Source: a virus. From it: a DNA stretch of 64,000 nt. The notes beneath the pieces were generated by a model. That model worked only from the letters and a program-made list of their open reading frames with translations, was not told the origin of the DNA and searched no databases. The stretch lies in IMG/VR virus record IMGVR_UViG_3300022848_000006. The stretch is one strand, 5' to 3'. Every line of letters begins with the position of its first letter. The first letter of the stretch is position 1. The translations under genes were made by a program, and so were the position numbers. This document shows, one piece after another, positions 54,960 through 62,775 of this stretch.

Positions 54960-55436
54960 TTAGAAAAAGTCCAATAGTTGAAGTTTGCCGTCGTTCCATC
55001 CCCAGTTATATCCGTGGATATCAGTAGGGTGCCATCCTGTCTTTTCTTTTATTTGCTCTTGAATTTCCCACAACTCTTTTTCATGCTCTTGCTGAAAAGT
55101 GTCGCACTCGCATTCAAGTACAAAGCCGTCTTTCTTGTAATTCAAGGGAACACAAGGCTTGATAAGCTCTGTAATATAGCAATACAGCCTGTCAATCTGT
55201 AGGTCTTCTTCGTCGTCGTAATAGTCTACTTCAACCTCGAATCTCTCTCCGACATCAGGGCCCAAGCCCTCTTCGTAGCATAGGCTCTGTCTATCGTGTG
55301 CTATGTCGCAGGATTCGCCCTCATAGTAGCACTTAGCACCCCAGGAACTATTTAGCTTAATAAAGTAACAATGTACTCCAACAGGGCAGTCTTCAAGACC
55401 TTTTCGGATCTTATCATCTCGTTGCTCGTTGTTCAT
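54960..55436 (-). CDS. Hypothetical early protein
   Basis: 158 aa behind TTGACA-N16-TAAAAT (55443-55470). Confidence 0.65.
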   Translation of the reverse strand: MNNEQRDDKIRKGLEDCPVGVHCYFIKLNSSWGAKCYYEGESCDIAHDRQSLCYEEGLGPDVGERFEVEVDYYDDEEDLQIDRLYCYITELIKPCVPLNYKKDGFVLECECDTFQQEHEKELWEIQEQIKEKTGWHPTDIHGYNWGWNDGKLQLLDFF

Positions 55437-55685
55437 GTCTGTATTTTACAGTGTAAATGAGACTTGTCAAGAGGTAAAATTATATAATCCTAACATTTTT
55501 CTCCTATGTTTTGTATCAAAGTTTTTTCTAACAGTGGAATCTTTACTCCAGGAGGACCATAAGGATGAGAGAAGAAGAAGTCTTCCCCCTCAACAGCATT
55601 TTTCATACTTGACAGCCAGTTCTCTGGAATACGATAAAAGTCAGGATACAAATCTCCCAAAACCTTACAGATATAGATTTGATCA

Positions 55686-55723
55686 TTGAGAAGCAGCTAT
55701 CCTGGCCGTTAGACGAAGGAAAC
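55686..55723 (-). pseudogene. tRNA-Glu(CTC) 5' half only
   Basis: GTTTCCT-TC-GTCTAACGGCCAGGA-TA-GCTGC-TTCTCAA, then unrelated coding-like sequence. Confidence 0.6.
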
Positions 55724-55772
55724 GTGTTGCTTTCTTACTCTATGTCCTAACTGTCATACCTTAAGTCATAAG

Positions 55773-55847
55773 TAGCGAGAGAGGGGGTCGAACCCACACT
55801 GTCTGGTGCCTAAAACCAGTGCCTCTATCCATTTGGGCTACCTCGCC
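55773..55847 (-). tRNA. tRNA-Leu(TAG), short variable region
   Basis: GGCGAGG/TCTCGCT-A, CTGGT-TTTAGGC-ACCAG. Confidence 0.85.
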
Positions 55848-55907
55848 ATGTTTGCCCATTTTACTCATAAGGTAGGCTACCTAGACTACAGCATACGCTG
55901 CATATAG

Positions 55908-56006
55908 TGGAAGGAGTAGGAGTTACACCTACACAGTCTTAGGGATAAATCTTTATTGACTAGGTGTGTACAGCACCGTTGCTCATTATAAGATCTTCGC
56001 CATTCC
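55908..56006 (-). ncRNA. tRNA-like RNA (acceptor stem and T arm, non-canonical interior)
   Basis: GGAATGG/TCCTTCC-A, GTAGG-TGTAACT-CCTAC, interior AGTC/GACT stem. Confidence 0.45.
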
Positions 56007-56231
56007 AGGTAGAATCTTGACCACACATCTTACAAGTATAACAGACGCCAGACTCTAACAACGCTCTTTATAATAGGCCTTGACTTTCCCTATGATCGAT
56101 ACTATCGAACTTATCCCGAAAGAGCAGACGGTAGGCTGGTTAAGCCAACTTCTTACAGATAACACAGTGATCGAATCTGCCACGACATATAGGCCGCTGT
56201 TCCATGTTGCAACGTACAGATATCTGTAAAG

Positions 56232-56296
56232 TTGTGAGTGCAGGAGTCGAACCTACAAGGGGTATCGCGATGTTACGTCCCTTGCCAACCCTCACG
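56232..56296 (-). ncRNA. Short tRNA-like RNA without D arm
   Basis: GTGAG/CTCAC, AAGGG/CCCTT-type stem, GTAGG-TTCGACT-CCTGC. Confidence 0.4.
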
Positions 56297-56318
56297 AGAG
56301 GTTCGCGAAAATCTACAG

Positions 56319-56391
56319 TCTCCTAGGCAGGACTTGAACCTGCGGCCTTCTGGTCCCAAACCAGACGGATTACCAACTTTCCCACTAGAAG
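56319..56391 (-). tRNA. tRNA-Pro(TGG)
   Basis: CTTCTAG/CTAGGAG-A, TCTGG-TTTGGGA-CCAGA, GCAGG-TTCAAGT-CCTGC. Confidence 0.9.
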
Positions 56392-56397
56392 ATTACT

Positions 56398-56595
56398 TTA
56401 TCGTGACAATCTTAGGTCACGATCCTTCTCTACTGTCAAGATTTGTTTGTAAGCACTCAAGTGAGTGTAACGCGACTTGCGGGCAATATTTATTAACTGC
56501 TTTTCAGTCAGTTCTTTGCCCATCATGACGAAAGACTTAGACTGGGTGCTTTCGTTAATCTTTTGTACAATCTGCTCATCAGTCAAAACTTGCAT
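56398..56595 (-). CDS. Hypothetical protein
   Basis: 65 aa ORF between RNA genes. Confidence 0.5.
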   Translation of the reverse strand: MQVLTDEQIVQKINESTQSKSFVMMGKELTEKQLINIARKSRYTHLSAYKQILTVEKDRDLRLSR

Positions 56596-56625
56596 CGTTT
56601 TTTCCTTACTAGTACTAAATGTGAG

Positions 56626-56695
56626 TTGAGGAGGTGGGAATTGAACCCACGTACTCGAAAGTTACCGGCTGTCAACACCAACGTGACTCTCCGCA
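56626..56695 (-). ncRNA. tRNA-like RNA lacking an anticodon arm
   Basis: TGCGGAG/CTCCTCA-A, GTCA/TGAC D-like arm, ACT-TTCG-AGT hairpin, GTGGG-TTCAATT-CCCAC; directly behind promoter 56710-56737. Confidence 0.5.
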
Positions 56696-56709
56696 ATGTT
56701 GTGTCTTCT

Positions 56710-56737
56710 ATTATACACCGTTTTGGTTCGATGTCAA
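56710..56737 (-). promoter_or_regulatory. Promoter TTGACA-N16-TATAAT (also matches GTGTATAAT)
   Basis: Perfect hexamers. Confidence 0.8.
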
Positions 56738-56824
56738 CCCTCATGTTTGGTTTTTTTTGGATTTGTTAAAATCCCTTCTTTGTATTGTTTGACTCTGTGA
56801 GGGGTGACTCGTGTGTATGGCTGT

Positions 56825-56852
56825 ATTATAGCACGGCCTGCGACTTTGTCAA
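56825..56852 (-). promoter_or_regulatory. sigma70-type promoter TTGACA-N16-TATAAT
   Basis: Perfect hexamers. Confidence 0.8.
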
Positions 56853-56871
56853 CCCCTCGGTTTGGTTTTTC

Positions 56872-57291
56872 TTAGATTTCAATTCCAAGAGTATGTTTCA
56901 CGTATTTCAAACCGTCTTCAGTGACGCCGTCTTCTGACCAAAATTCGTCTTCGTCGTGCATCTTTTGAAGCTTAGACCAGAAGGACACAGGATATCCCTG
57001 ATACTCTTCTTTTAATAGCTCATTGAGACCATATCTAAGCGAAAGGGTTTCAATATTCTTAGAAGACTTCCCATGAAGTTCTAACGCTTCGTCTGTCATG
57101 AACCTACCAACGGCACACCTCTTTTCCGTATCAGACTGATACTGACATGTTCCGTTAGCTTGACCTTTATACAATGATCGTGCTGCGGGGTCTGAGTACG
57201 TCTCCAGAACCTCAAGCACAATTTCTCTTTGTGATACTTGTGTTTCCACCATAATTTCCTCCAGTAAGGGGTTACACACTATAATAGCCAA
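56872..57291 (-). CDS. Hypothetical protein
   Basis: CQYQSDTEKRCAVGRFM...KLQKMHD; likely start MVET about 57252. Confidence 0.65.
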   Translation of the reverse strand: MAIIVCNPLLEEIMVETQVSQREIVLEVLETYSDPAARSLYKGQANGTCQYQSDTEKRCAVGRFMTDEALELHGKSSKNIETLSLRYGLNELLKEEYQGYPVSFWSKLQKMHDEDEFWSEDGVTEDGLKYVKHTLGIEI

Positions 57292-57371
57292 GAACGGCTA
57301 AAAGGGCAACCTAAAAAGGAAATAAAGGGCAAAATAGTCAACGATCTTGATACATAAGGTGAAACACCTCG

Positions 57372-57752
57372 TCAATAGTAGTCTGTTTGACACCAAGTTC
57401 CAACGCTCTCTATGATTTTACAATCTTGCAAAATCTTGTTAAGAGAAACTTTGGCTACCTCTATCGCTTCACGAATTTTCATTGGGTCAAACTCTACGGT
57501 GTCATCCCAGTCGTTTCTAAACACCTCTACACCGAGACCAACGGTTTCTTCGCAGCAGCTAAACTCTTGAATTAAAACGCCATACTTCTCTACTACTCCT
57601 CTGGCCCGATTTCCATAAGGAGTATATCCGTCTTCGTCAAACATATCTTTTGGCAGAAGGTCTTTCAAAAGTTCGAGGTCACAATCTTCTGATCTAAAAC
57701 CAACCCAGATGTGTACTTCTGCGTCCATACCCATATTATCCACCATTTCCAA
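57372..57752 (-). CDS. Hypothetical protein
   Basis: 126 aa ORF. Confidence 0.6.
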   Translation of the reverse strand: MEMVDNMGMDAEVHIWVGFRSEDCDLELLKDLLPKDMFDEDGYTPYGNRARGVVEKYGVLIQEFSCCEETVGLGVEVFRNDWDDTVEFDPMKIREAIEVAKVSLNKILQDCKIIESVGTWCQTDYY

Positions 57753-58089
57753 TTAAATCGTCGTCTTGAAACATTCCCCATTCTTCCATCTCTTCCACTG
57801 TTGGGTTGTAAGTTGGGCCGTACCTAGAGCTAGACTTTGTTTTTTCTACTTTGTGAGGTTCGATTGCTTTTACAAGGTCTTTTCTAAGCAATATTACTTC
57901 TTTTCTCAGGGCGTCTATCTCATAAGCTACACACTTAATAGCTTCAATTTGTTGACGAGCCTCTGAATACTTATGTGCGTAAGGCAGTGCCCTATTGGGG
58001 CTTTGGCCTAAACCTCGTTGTGGCTCGGTATTAAAAACAAGAACAACAAGAATAATTACAGCAGCGACCCAAAGTATTACTTTTTTCAT
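57736..58089 (-). CDS. Membrane-anchored coiled-coil protein
   Basis: N-terminal TM; AAGGAG RBS. Confidence 0.6.
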   Translation of the reverse strand: MKKVILWVAAVIILVVLVFNTEPQRGLGQSPNRALPYAHKYSEARQQIEAIKCVAYEIDALRKEVILLRKDLVKAIEPHKVEKTKSSSRYGPTYNPTVEEMEEWGMFQDDDLIGNGG

Positions 58090-58240
58090 ATTAACTCCTT
58101 ACCAGTACAAGCGATTCTCTAAAATTAGCTTTTCTTTCAATAAGCCCGACCCCTAGGTATTGATGCTTGATTTCTACTCTATACATATTTAATTATTGGC
58201 CTAGCACTCCATAGGCAATACCTCCATAAAAGTTAAGAAA

Positions 58241-58687
58241 CTAACCTCTTAGGCGATCAACGACAGCCTTTACATCTGTTCCCAAAACATTTTCTCCTGC
58301 AACTTTAAAGATCTTCATAGCCATCCCCATGGCCTGTCCATCGGACTTGGCCTTGAGTATTGGCTGAATTTCTTCGGCGTCACATCTAAGCAAAAATGAT
58401 TCAATGTGTTCTTGGGTCATCGTCTCGGGCAGTAGACTTTGAAGCATACCAGACTGTCTTTTAAGCCTAGTGTGCCCCTCGTCGCCCTCTTCATAGAAAG
58501 CAAGAGCCTCTTCATTCTGCTTTAGATGCTTCCGAATGACCGTCTCTGCCCACTTGTCGTCGTCTTGACGTTTGTGGTCGGCCTCAACGTCGGCGATCAC
58601 TAGACGAAGTATGTCCCTGCGAACAACGTCCTTCTCTTTAATTGCCGATATCAACAGTCGCTTCATTACTTCTCTTAAAATGTCCAT
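58241..58687 (-). CDS. GatB/YqeY-like protein
   Basis: AIKEKDVVRRDILRL...IRKHLKQNEEAL...LLPETMT...GQAMGMAMK. Confidence 0.82.
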   Translation of the reverse strand: MDILREVMKRLLISAIKEKDVVRRDILRLVIADVEADHKRQDDDKWAETVIRKHLKQNEEALAFYEEGDEGHTRLKRQSGMLQSLLPETMTQEHIESFLLRCDAEEIQPILKAKSDGQAMGMAMKIFKVAGENVLGTDVKAVVDRLRG

Positions 58688-58704
58688 CGTTTTTCCTTGG
58701 TAAG

Positions 58705-58778
58705 TAGGAGCAGCAGGACTCGAACCTGCGACCCTCTGGGTAAGAACCAGAAACTCTAGCCAACTGAGTTATGCTCCC
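58705..58778 (-). tRNA. tRNA-Lys(CTT)
   Basis: GGGAGCA/TGCTCCT-A, TCTGG-TTCTTAC-CCAGA, GCAGG-TTCGAGT-CCTGC. Confidence 0.9.
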
Positions 58779-58840
58779 ATGTGGTCTTATTAGTTATTTA
58801 GAGACGCATGGTACAACCGACCAAGTCTTGCATACGTCTA

Positions 58841-58991
58841 TGGGACAATTGGGATTTGAACCCAACTCGGGAGCTTATGGCTCCCTAGTCTACTATATTT
58901 CCCGCGTTTCAGTCTATAGCCATCTACGCTTGTTTTGATAGACCCCTGTACAATTAAGTACTCAGAGCATTATCCTCTATGCTATTGTCCC
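58841..58991 (-). ncRNA. tRNA scaffold with an approx. 80-nt internal insertion (Met-like CATAA loop)
   Basis: Perfect GGGACAA/TTGTCCC-A, D arm GCAT/ATGC, T arm TTGGG-TTCAAAT-CCCAA, GGGAGC-CATAA-GCTCCC; structured insert between D and anticodon arms. Confidence 0.6.
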
Positions 58992-59317
58992 TAAGTCTTG
59001 TAAATTTGACCAGTTTTAGTGTGCATTAGTTTCTGCTTTGTTCCCTTGCGTTGTTGCAAGAACACAAACTCTGGACATTCTTTGATTGTCTTACTGCTAG
59101 TAGTGTGAAAACCAAGTCGTCGCCCAAGTAGTGCAAAGTCGTCTTTGCCGATCTCACCAGAAGCCTCAATACCCACAGAACTGTGGACAAAGAAGTAATC
59201 GTCTGTATATCGTCGGTTCTCTTCGTTTAGCATTACCTGTTCTCTGCATTTGAAAACCAACTCGTTGACTTCTTCTAGGTCACCTTCGGTAGTCTTACAA
59301 AACATTGCAATACTCAT
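58991..59317 (-). CDS. Hypothetical protein
   Basis: AAGGA RBS, 108 aa. Confidence 0.6.
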   Translation of the reverse strand: MSIAMFCKTTEGDLEEVNELVFKCREQVMLNEENRRYTDDYFFVHSSVGIEASGEIGKDDFALLGRRLGFHTTSSKTIKECPEFVFLQQRKGTKQKLMHTKTGQIYKT

Positions 59318-59453
59318 CTTAATTCCTTTTGCTAGTGATTAAAAAGTGATTTACGACAGGCTGGTTGATCTTGATAATTTTTTGAGCAACCAATTTAACT
59401 AAAGCATAACACTCAGCCCAGCAATCGCCAAGGCTACTTTTGCACCCGTCAAG

Positions 59454-59528
59454 TACCCCTGGCAGAACTCGAATCTGCAACCTGAAAATTAGAAGTTTTC
59501 TGCTCTAATCCAATTGAGCTACAAGGGC
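59454..59528 (-). tRNA. tRNA-Arg(TCT)
   Basis: GCCCTTG/CAGGGGT-A, GCTC/GAGC, GAAAA-CTTCTAA-TTTTC. Confidence 0.92.
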
Positions 59529-59591
59529 GAAGTTTTAGTGTATAATAAGTATGACTCTTTTAAAAAACTGAAACTATTCTATTCTTCTTAG

Positions 59592-59676
59592 TACTCCACG
59601 GGGGAATCGAACCCTAACCTCCATCTTGCTCAGTTGTGGTATGACCTTAGAAGGATCATGCAAGCTGCCGGAGAGC
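59592..59676 (-). ncRNA. tRNA-Arg(TCT)-like RNA with no D arm and extended anticodon helix
   Basis: GCTCTCC/GTGGAGT-A, ATGATC-CTTCTAA-GGTCAT stacked on CTTGC/GCAAG, AGGG-TTCGATT-CCCC; behind promoter 59691-59718. Confidence 0.55.
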
Positions 59677-59690
59677 GTGTTGGTGAGGTT

Positions 59691-59718
59691 ATTATACACC
59701 AACTTTATTCTTTGTCAA
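59691..59718 (-). promoter_or_regulatory. Promoter TTGACA-N16-TATAAT (also matches GTGTATAAT)
   Basis: Perfect hexamers. Confidence 0.8.
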
Positions 59719-59721
59719 GGG

Positions 59722-59916
59722 CTATTTCAAGAAATAAAGTAAAAATAATCCCCAAAGGGCGATTGCCGAACTTACGACAAACTTAATAGCACAGAAAGCC
59801 CTACCCTCGTCTGTAAACTCTCCACCAATCGGATGCTCGTCATTAGCAAGGGCGACGAATCGAAAGATAGACTTAATTAAACACATCGCTACCACCAGGA
59901 TAATGAATGAGTTCAC
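59722..59916 (-). CDS. Small two-TM membrane protein
   Basis: Hydrophobic 64 aa. Confidence 0.6.
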   Translation of the reverse strand: MNSFIILVVAMCLIKSIFRFVALANDEHPIGGEFTDEGRAFCAIKFVVSSAIALWGLFLLYFLK

Positions 59917-60107
59917 GTTGTCACCTCTACCTGAACTTGCTTGAGTGCCGTGTTAAACAGGCTCTCGTGCGTCTTGTACTTATGACACCAAGCTTCATAG
60001 GCCAGGAACATGGCACGACTGACAACAGCAAGGGTCTCTACGTTTTCTGGAATCTTCATCGTGTTTCTCTGTGGGTGTTAGTGGGTGGGTCATTGTCTTA
60101 CTCCCAT

Positions 60108-60135
60108 ATTATAGCACGCTTCGGCCTTCTGTCAA
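60108..60135 (-). promoter_or_regulatory. sigma70-type promoter TTGACA-N16-TATAAT
   Basis: Perfect hexamers. Confidence 0.8.
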
Positions 60136-60509
60136 CCACTATTCCTGAATTTTTCTTTTTAATTGCCCCGAGTCCTGATTTCCAACTATTTTCACTTTTT
60201 TGACGGATTTTGGTTGTCTACCCCTGTTTCAAACGCTATTATACTATGTAGTTTTTAAGTTCTATCCTTACTTACTAAGAATCAAAAGATTCAACTCAGG
60301 GTCGACGGCGATACTAACTGACGTAGTATCGTTAGACCCAATAAGAATCAAATAGATTCTAGGGAGGATGGAGCTATCTTTTGGCTTTCGTCCAGCCATC
60401 TTCTGTCTCTGCTGAGACGCCCCAGGTCGCTCTCTGTGGCCCCTCGCTGAATATCGTGACTCAGAGCAGGCGAATCTCTCTGAGGCCCTTAGGAGCCGAA
60501 CAGGCACGA

Positions 60510-60541
60510 AAAAAGGCGAGACCATTACTGATCCCGCCTTA
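60510..60541 (-). terminator. Rho-independent terminator after phosphoesterase operon
   Basis: AAGGCGGGATC-AGTAAT-GGTCTCGCCTT followed by T-run. Confidence 0.75.
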
Positions 60542-60584
60542 GCGTTAATTGAAGACCATTTGGTCGATGTAGTCGCACTGTTCA

Positions 60585-61157
60585 TCAATTATCCCCATGA
60601 TGATCCTCGGTAAAAATAGGTCGTTTGTCCATGATATTCTTAATGTCGTGAACCTCTAGTGGTGCAAATCTATTGGAGTCTACTCCAATGTCCATGCTCT
60701 TTCCTGGGTGCCAAGGTAGATTCCCATGACAATGCCCATACAGCATCCAAGCTCCACGTCCCATTTGATTCCAACTACGCATAGGATAGTGACACATAAC
60801 GATTCTCTGCTTATGCACGTCGCCGAAGTCTACTTTAATCTCGTGGTAGTGCCGAGCCCAGACAAAGCGTTTGCTCGTGATCACTTCATCCCTGTCGTGG
60901 TTCCCAATAATAAGGAACTTTTGACCATTGAGGGCCGCTAGTATAGAGTTTGCTTTGTCTTGGTCTCTCTTGCCCCAGGTTAGAAATACGTCTCCCAAGT
61001 GATAGACAATGTCGCCCTTACCCACTGCCGCATTCCAGTTCTCCACAATCGTAGATATCATAGCATCCATATTTACAAAAGGACGCTTAGAAAGCCTAAT
61101 GATATTGTCGTGAAAGAAATGGGTGTCGCTGGTAAAGAAAGTTTTTTGCGTGCTCAT
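60585..61157 (-). CDS. Calcineurin-like metallophosphoesterase
   Basis: TSDTHFFH, YHLGDV, IIGNHD, MCHYP, YGHCH, DIGVD. Confidence 0.92.
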   Translation of the reverse strand: MSTQKTFFTSDTHFFHDNIIRLSKRPFVNMDAMISTIVENWNAAVGKGDIVYHLGDVFLTWGKRDQDKANSILAALNGQKFLIIGNHDRDEVITSKRFVWARHYHEIKVDFGDVHKQRIVMCHYPMRSWNQMGRGAWMLYGHCHGNLPWHPGKSMDIGVDSNRFAPLEVHDIKNIMDKRPIFTEDHHGDN

Positions 61158-61888
61158 ATCTTAGTCGCTTCTTTGATTAGTTTGTAGTCATCTTCGTAAA
61201 CAACTTTGATCATTTCGACCATGTGCTCATCTACCCAATTGAACCAGTTCTTGCCTAAGTCTTTTAGTTCAATGTGAGCAAACGCCGTGTCTCCATAGAA
61301 CTCTTCATTTCTTTCTTCTAGAGCTTCCGTTACATTCAATTTACCAAAAGAAGCCCTAGGTAGACCATGTCTGTTTGATAGGAAACCAAAAATCCTATTA
61401 AGGTCTTGATCAATATCAAAAACGTGGTCCCAAGCCCACTCTACTGGTTTGTATTGCTTTTTAAAGTGATGCTTGATATTAGGAGAGAAGAAACATCTGT
61501 CAAAGAAGTCTGTGTTCTCTGCGAGCTTACAGTCATGAATCATCGAGAGCATATTTCTCGTCGTCATGTACGGGTAGGGCAAATGCTGAATGGCGAGACA
61601 ACGATTAGTAATCGTAGAAACAAACCTCTTGACAGGATCTCTAACTAATTGGACTCTAAGGTAGTTAGTTGGATCTATTTCCACGTCTGTGATGTCTGGA
61701 AAAGCCGACTTGAAGTCTTTGTGAATATTTTCGCAGTCTATACCTACGGACTCCATGATGCCAGTCTTGATAGACGTACAGGCAGACTTGGGCGACCATC
61801 CTAAGATCATTTTTAATGGCTCGATAACTGATAAAATCATTTTCTTAGTACCTTTAGTTGTTGTATTTTTGTGTTTATGTCTTTGCAC
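61154..61888 (-). CDS. Sulfotransferase (family 2-like)
   Basis: PKSACTSIK (5'-PSB), VRDPVKRFVS (3'-PB), HHFKKQ, YEDDYKL; start may be MILS about 61840. Confidence 0.78.
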   Translation of the reverse strand: MQRHKHKNTTTKGTKKMILSVIEPLKMILGWSPKSACTSIKTGIMESVGIDCENIHKDFKSAFPDITDVEIDPTNYLRVQLVRDPVKRFVSTITNRCLAIQHLPYPYMTTRNMLSMIHDCKLAENTDFFDRCFFSPNIKHHFKKQYKPVEWAWDHVFDIDQDLNRIFGFLSNRHGLPRASFGKLNVTEALEERNEEFYGDTAFAHIELKDLGKNWFNWVDEHMVEMIKVVYEDDYKLIKEATKI

Positions 61889-62490
61889 ATAAAATGTACA
61901 AAGTTAGGAACAACTCTCTTTTGTTTAGATGAGCTGTTCCATCTGCCTTCTAGTCTAGTAAAGTCTTGAAAGTGCTTCCTTAGGACTTCCGCTATGTAGA
62001 CTTCATCAGATATTTTTGAGTCATCTGAGTTTAACTCTGGATTTTCCCACATCTTACAAACTTCTCTGCCCAAGAACTTTAAAGCTTCGGGTTCTCCAAT
62101 TATTAGTCCGCCATTGACGAAGTAGTCAGGGTCGAACATTGGGAATTTATCCCTACACAAAGTGTTCTGCCTTATTCCCCAGTGGGTATATCCAGCGGGC
62201 CTTCCTGCGATATTGTTGATTGGCAAATCAAATATATTTTCACTCTTCACTATCAAAATGTCACAATCAAGATACATGATCTTTTCATAGTTGTCTGATA
62301 TTCTTCCCATTGTCTCAAATTTTCTAACCCAATGAGACCTTCTGTTGTTTTTGCTATTATTGTAGTCGTCGGCGTTGTAAACTCTAAAGTCAGCACCCAC
62401 AGACAAAGCGTAACTCGATATGTTTTCAATAGTCTCAGCCAGAACCAAAGAGTAACTTGGAGAACATATTGTGTATATGAGATTCTTCAC
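61837..62490 (-). CDS. Glycosyltransferase, GT8-like
   Basis: WVRKF, MYLDCDILI, VNGGLI, DEVYI, FVHF. Confidence 0.8.
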   Translation of the reverse strand: MKNLIYTICSPSYSLVLAETIENISSYALSVGADFRVYNADDYNNSKNNRRSHWVRKFETMGRISDNYEKIMYLDCDILIVKSENIFDLPINNIAGRPAGYTHWGIRQNTLCRDKFPMFDPDYFVNGGLIIGEPEALKFLGREVCKMWENPELNSDDSKISDEVYIAEVLRKHFQDFTRLEGRWNSSSKQKRVVPNFVHFMCKDINTKIQQLKVLRK

Positions 62491-62708
62491 TTCTTGTACC
62501 TCTTGATGAACTTATCTAGGTCTTCTTCAACGTAGAGCCCATTGAGGATCTTCTCGTTAATGTCGTCATACTTCCTGTTTCTGGCTGTCTTTGTATCTAC
62601 GAGAGACCCCTCTTCTACCCATATGTCAACAACCTTGTCTATCTTTTGTTGAATATTTATTACAACACCTCGATTGTGTAAAGCGGAACGGGTGGGAATC
62701 GAACCCAC
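62487..62708 (-). CDS. Hypothetical protein (start overlaps tRNA-Ser; real start probably downstream)
   Basis: ORF coupled to the GT start. Confidence 0.4.
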   Translation of the reverse strand: MGSIPTRSALHNRGVVINIQQKIDKVVDIWVEEGSLVDTKTARNRKYDDINEKILNGLYVEEDLDKFIKRYKK

Positions 62709-62771
62709 AGACCTAATTAAAGGCCCTAGTTTTCCAGACTAGTGTGACCAACCAGTATTCACCTCCATTCC
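62684..62771 (-). tRNA. tRNA-Ser(GGA)
   Basis: GGAATGG/CCGTTCC-G, CTAGT-CTGGAAA-ACTAG, long variable arm. Confidence 0.9.
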
Positions 62772-62775
62772 GAGG

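Noticed and set aside
56040-56230. Additional tRNA or group I intron in this gap
   Set aside because: Only isolated TTCGA-like words and short palindromes; no consistent cloverleaf or P7 pairing could be built.
58900-58965. Hammerhead ribozyme in the tRNA insert (CTGAGTA ... GAAAC)
   Set aside because: Core deviates from CUGANGA and the three-helix junction could not be assembled.
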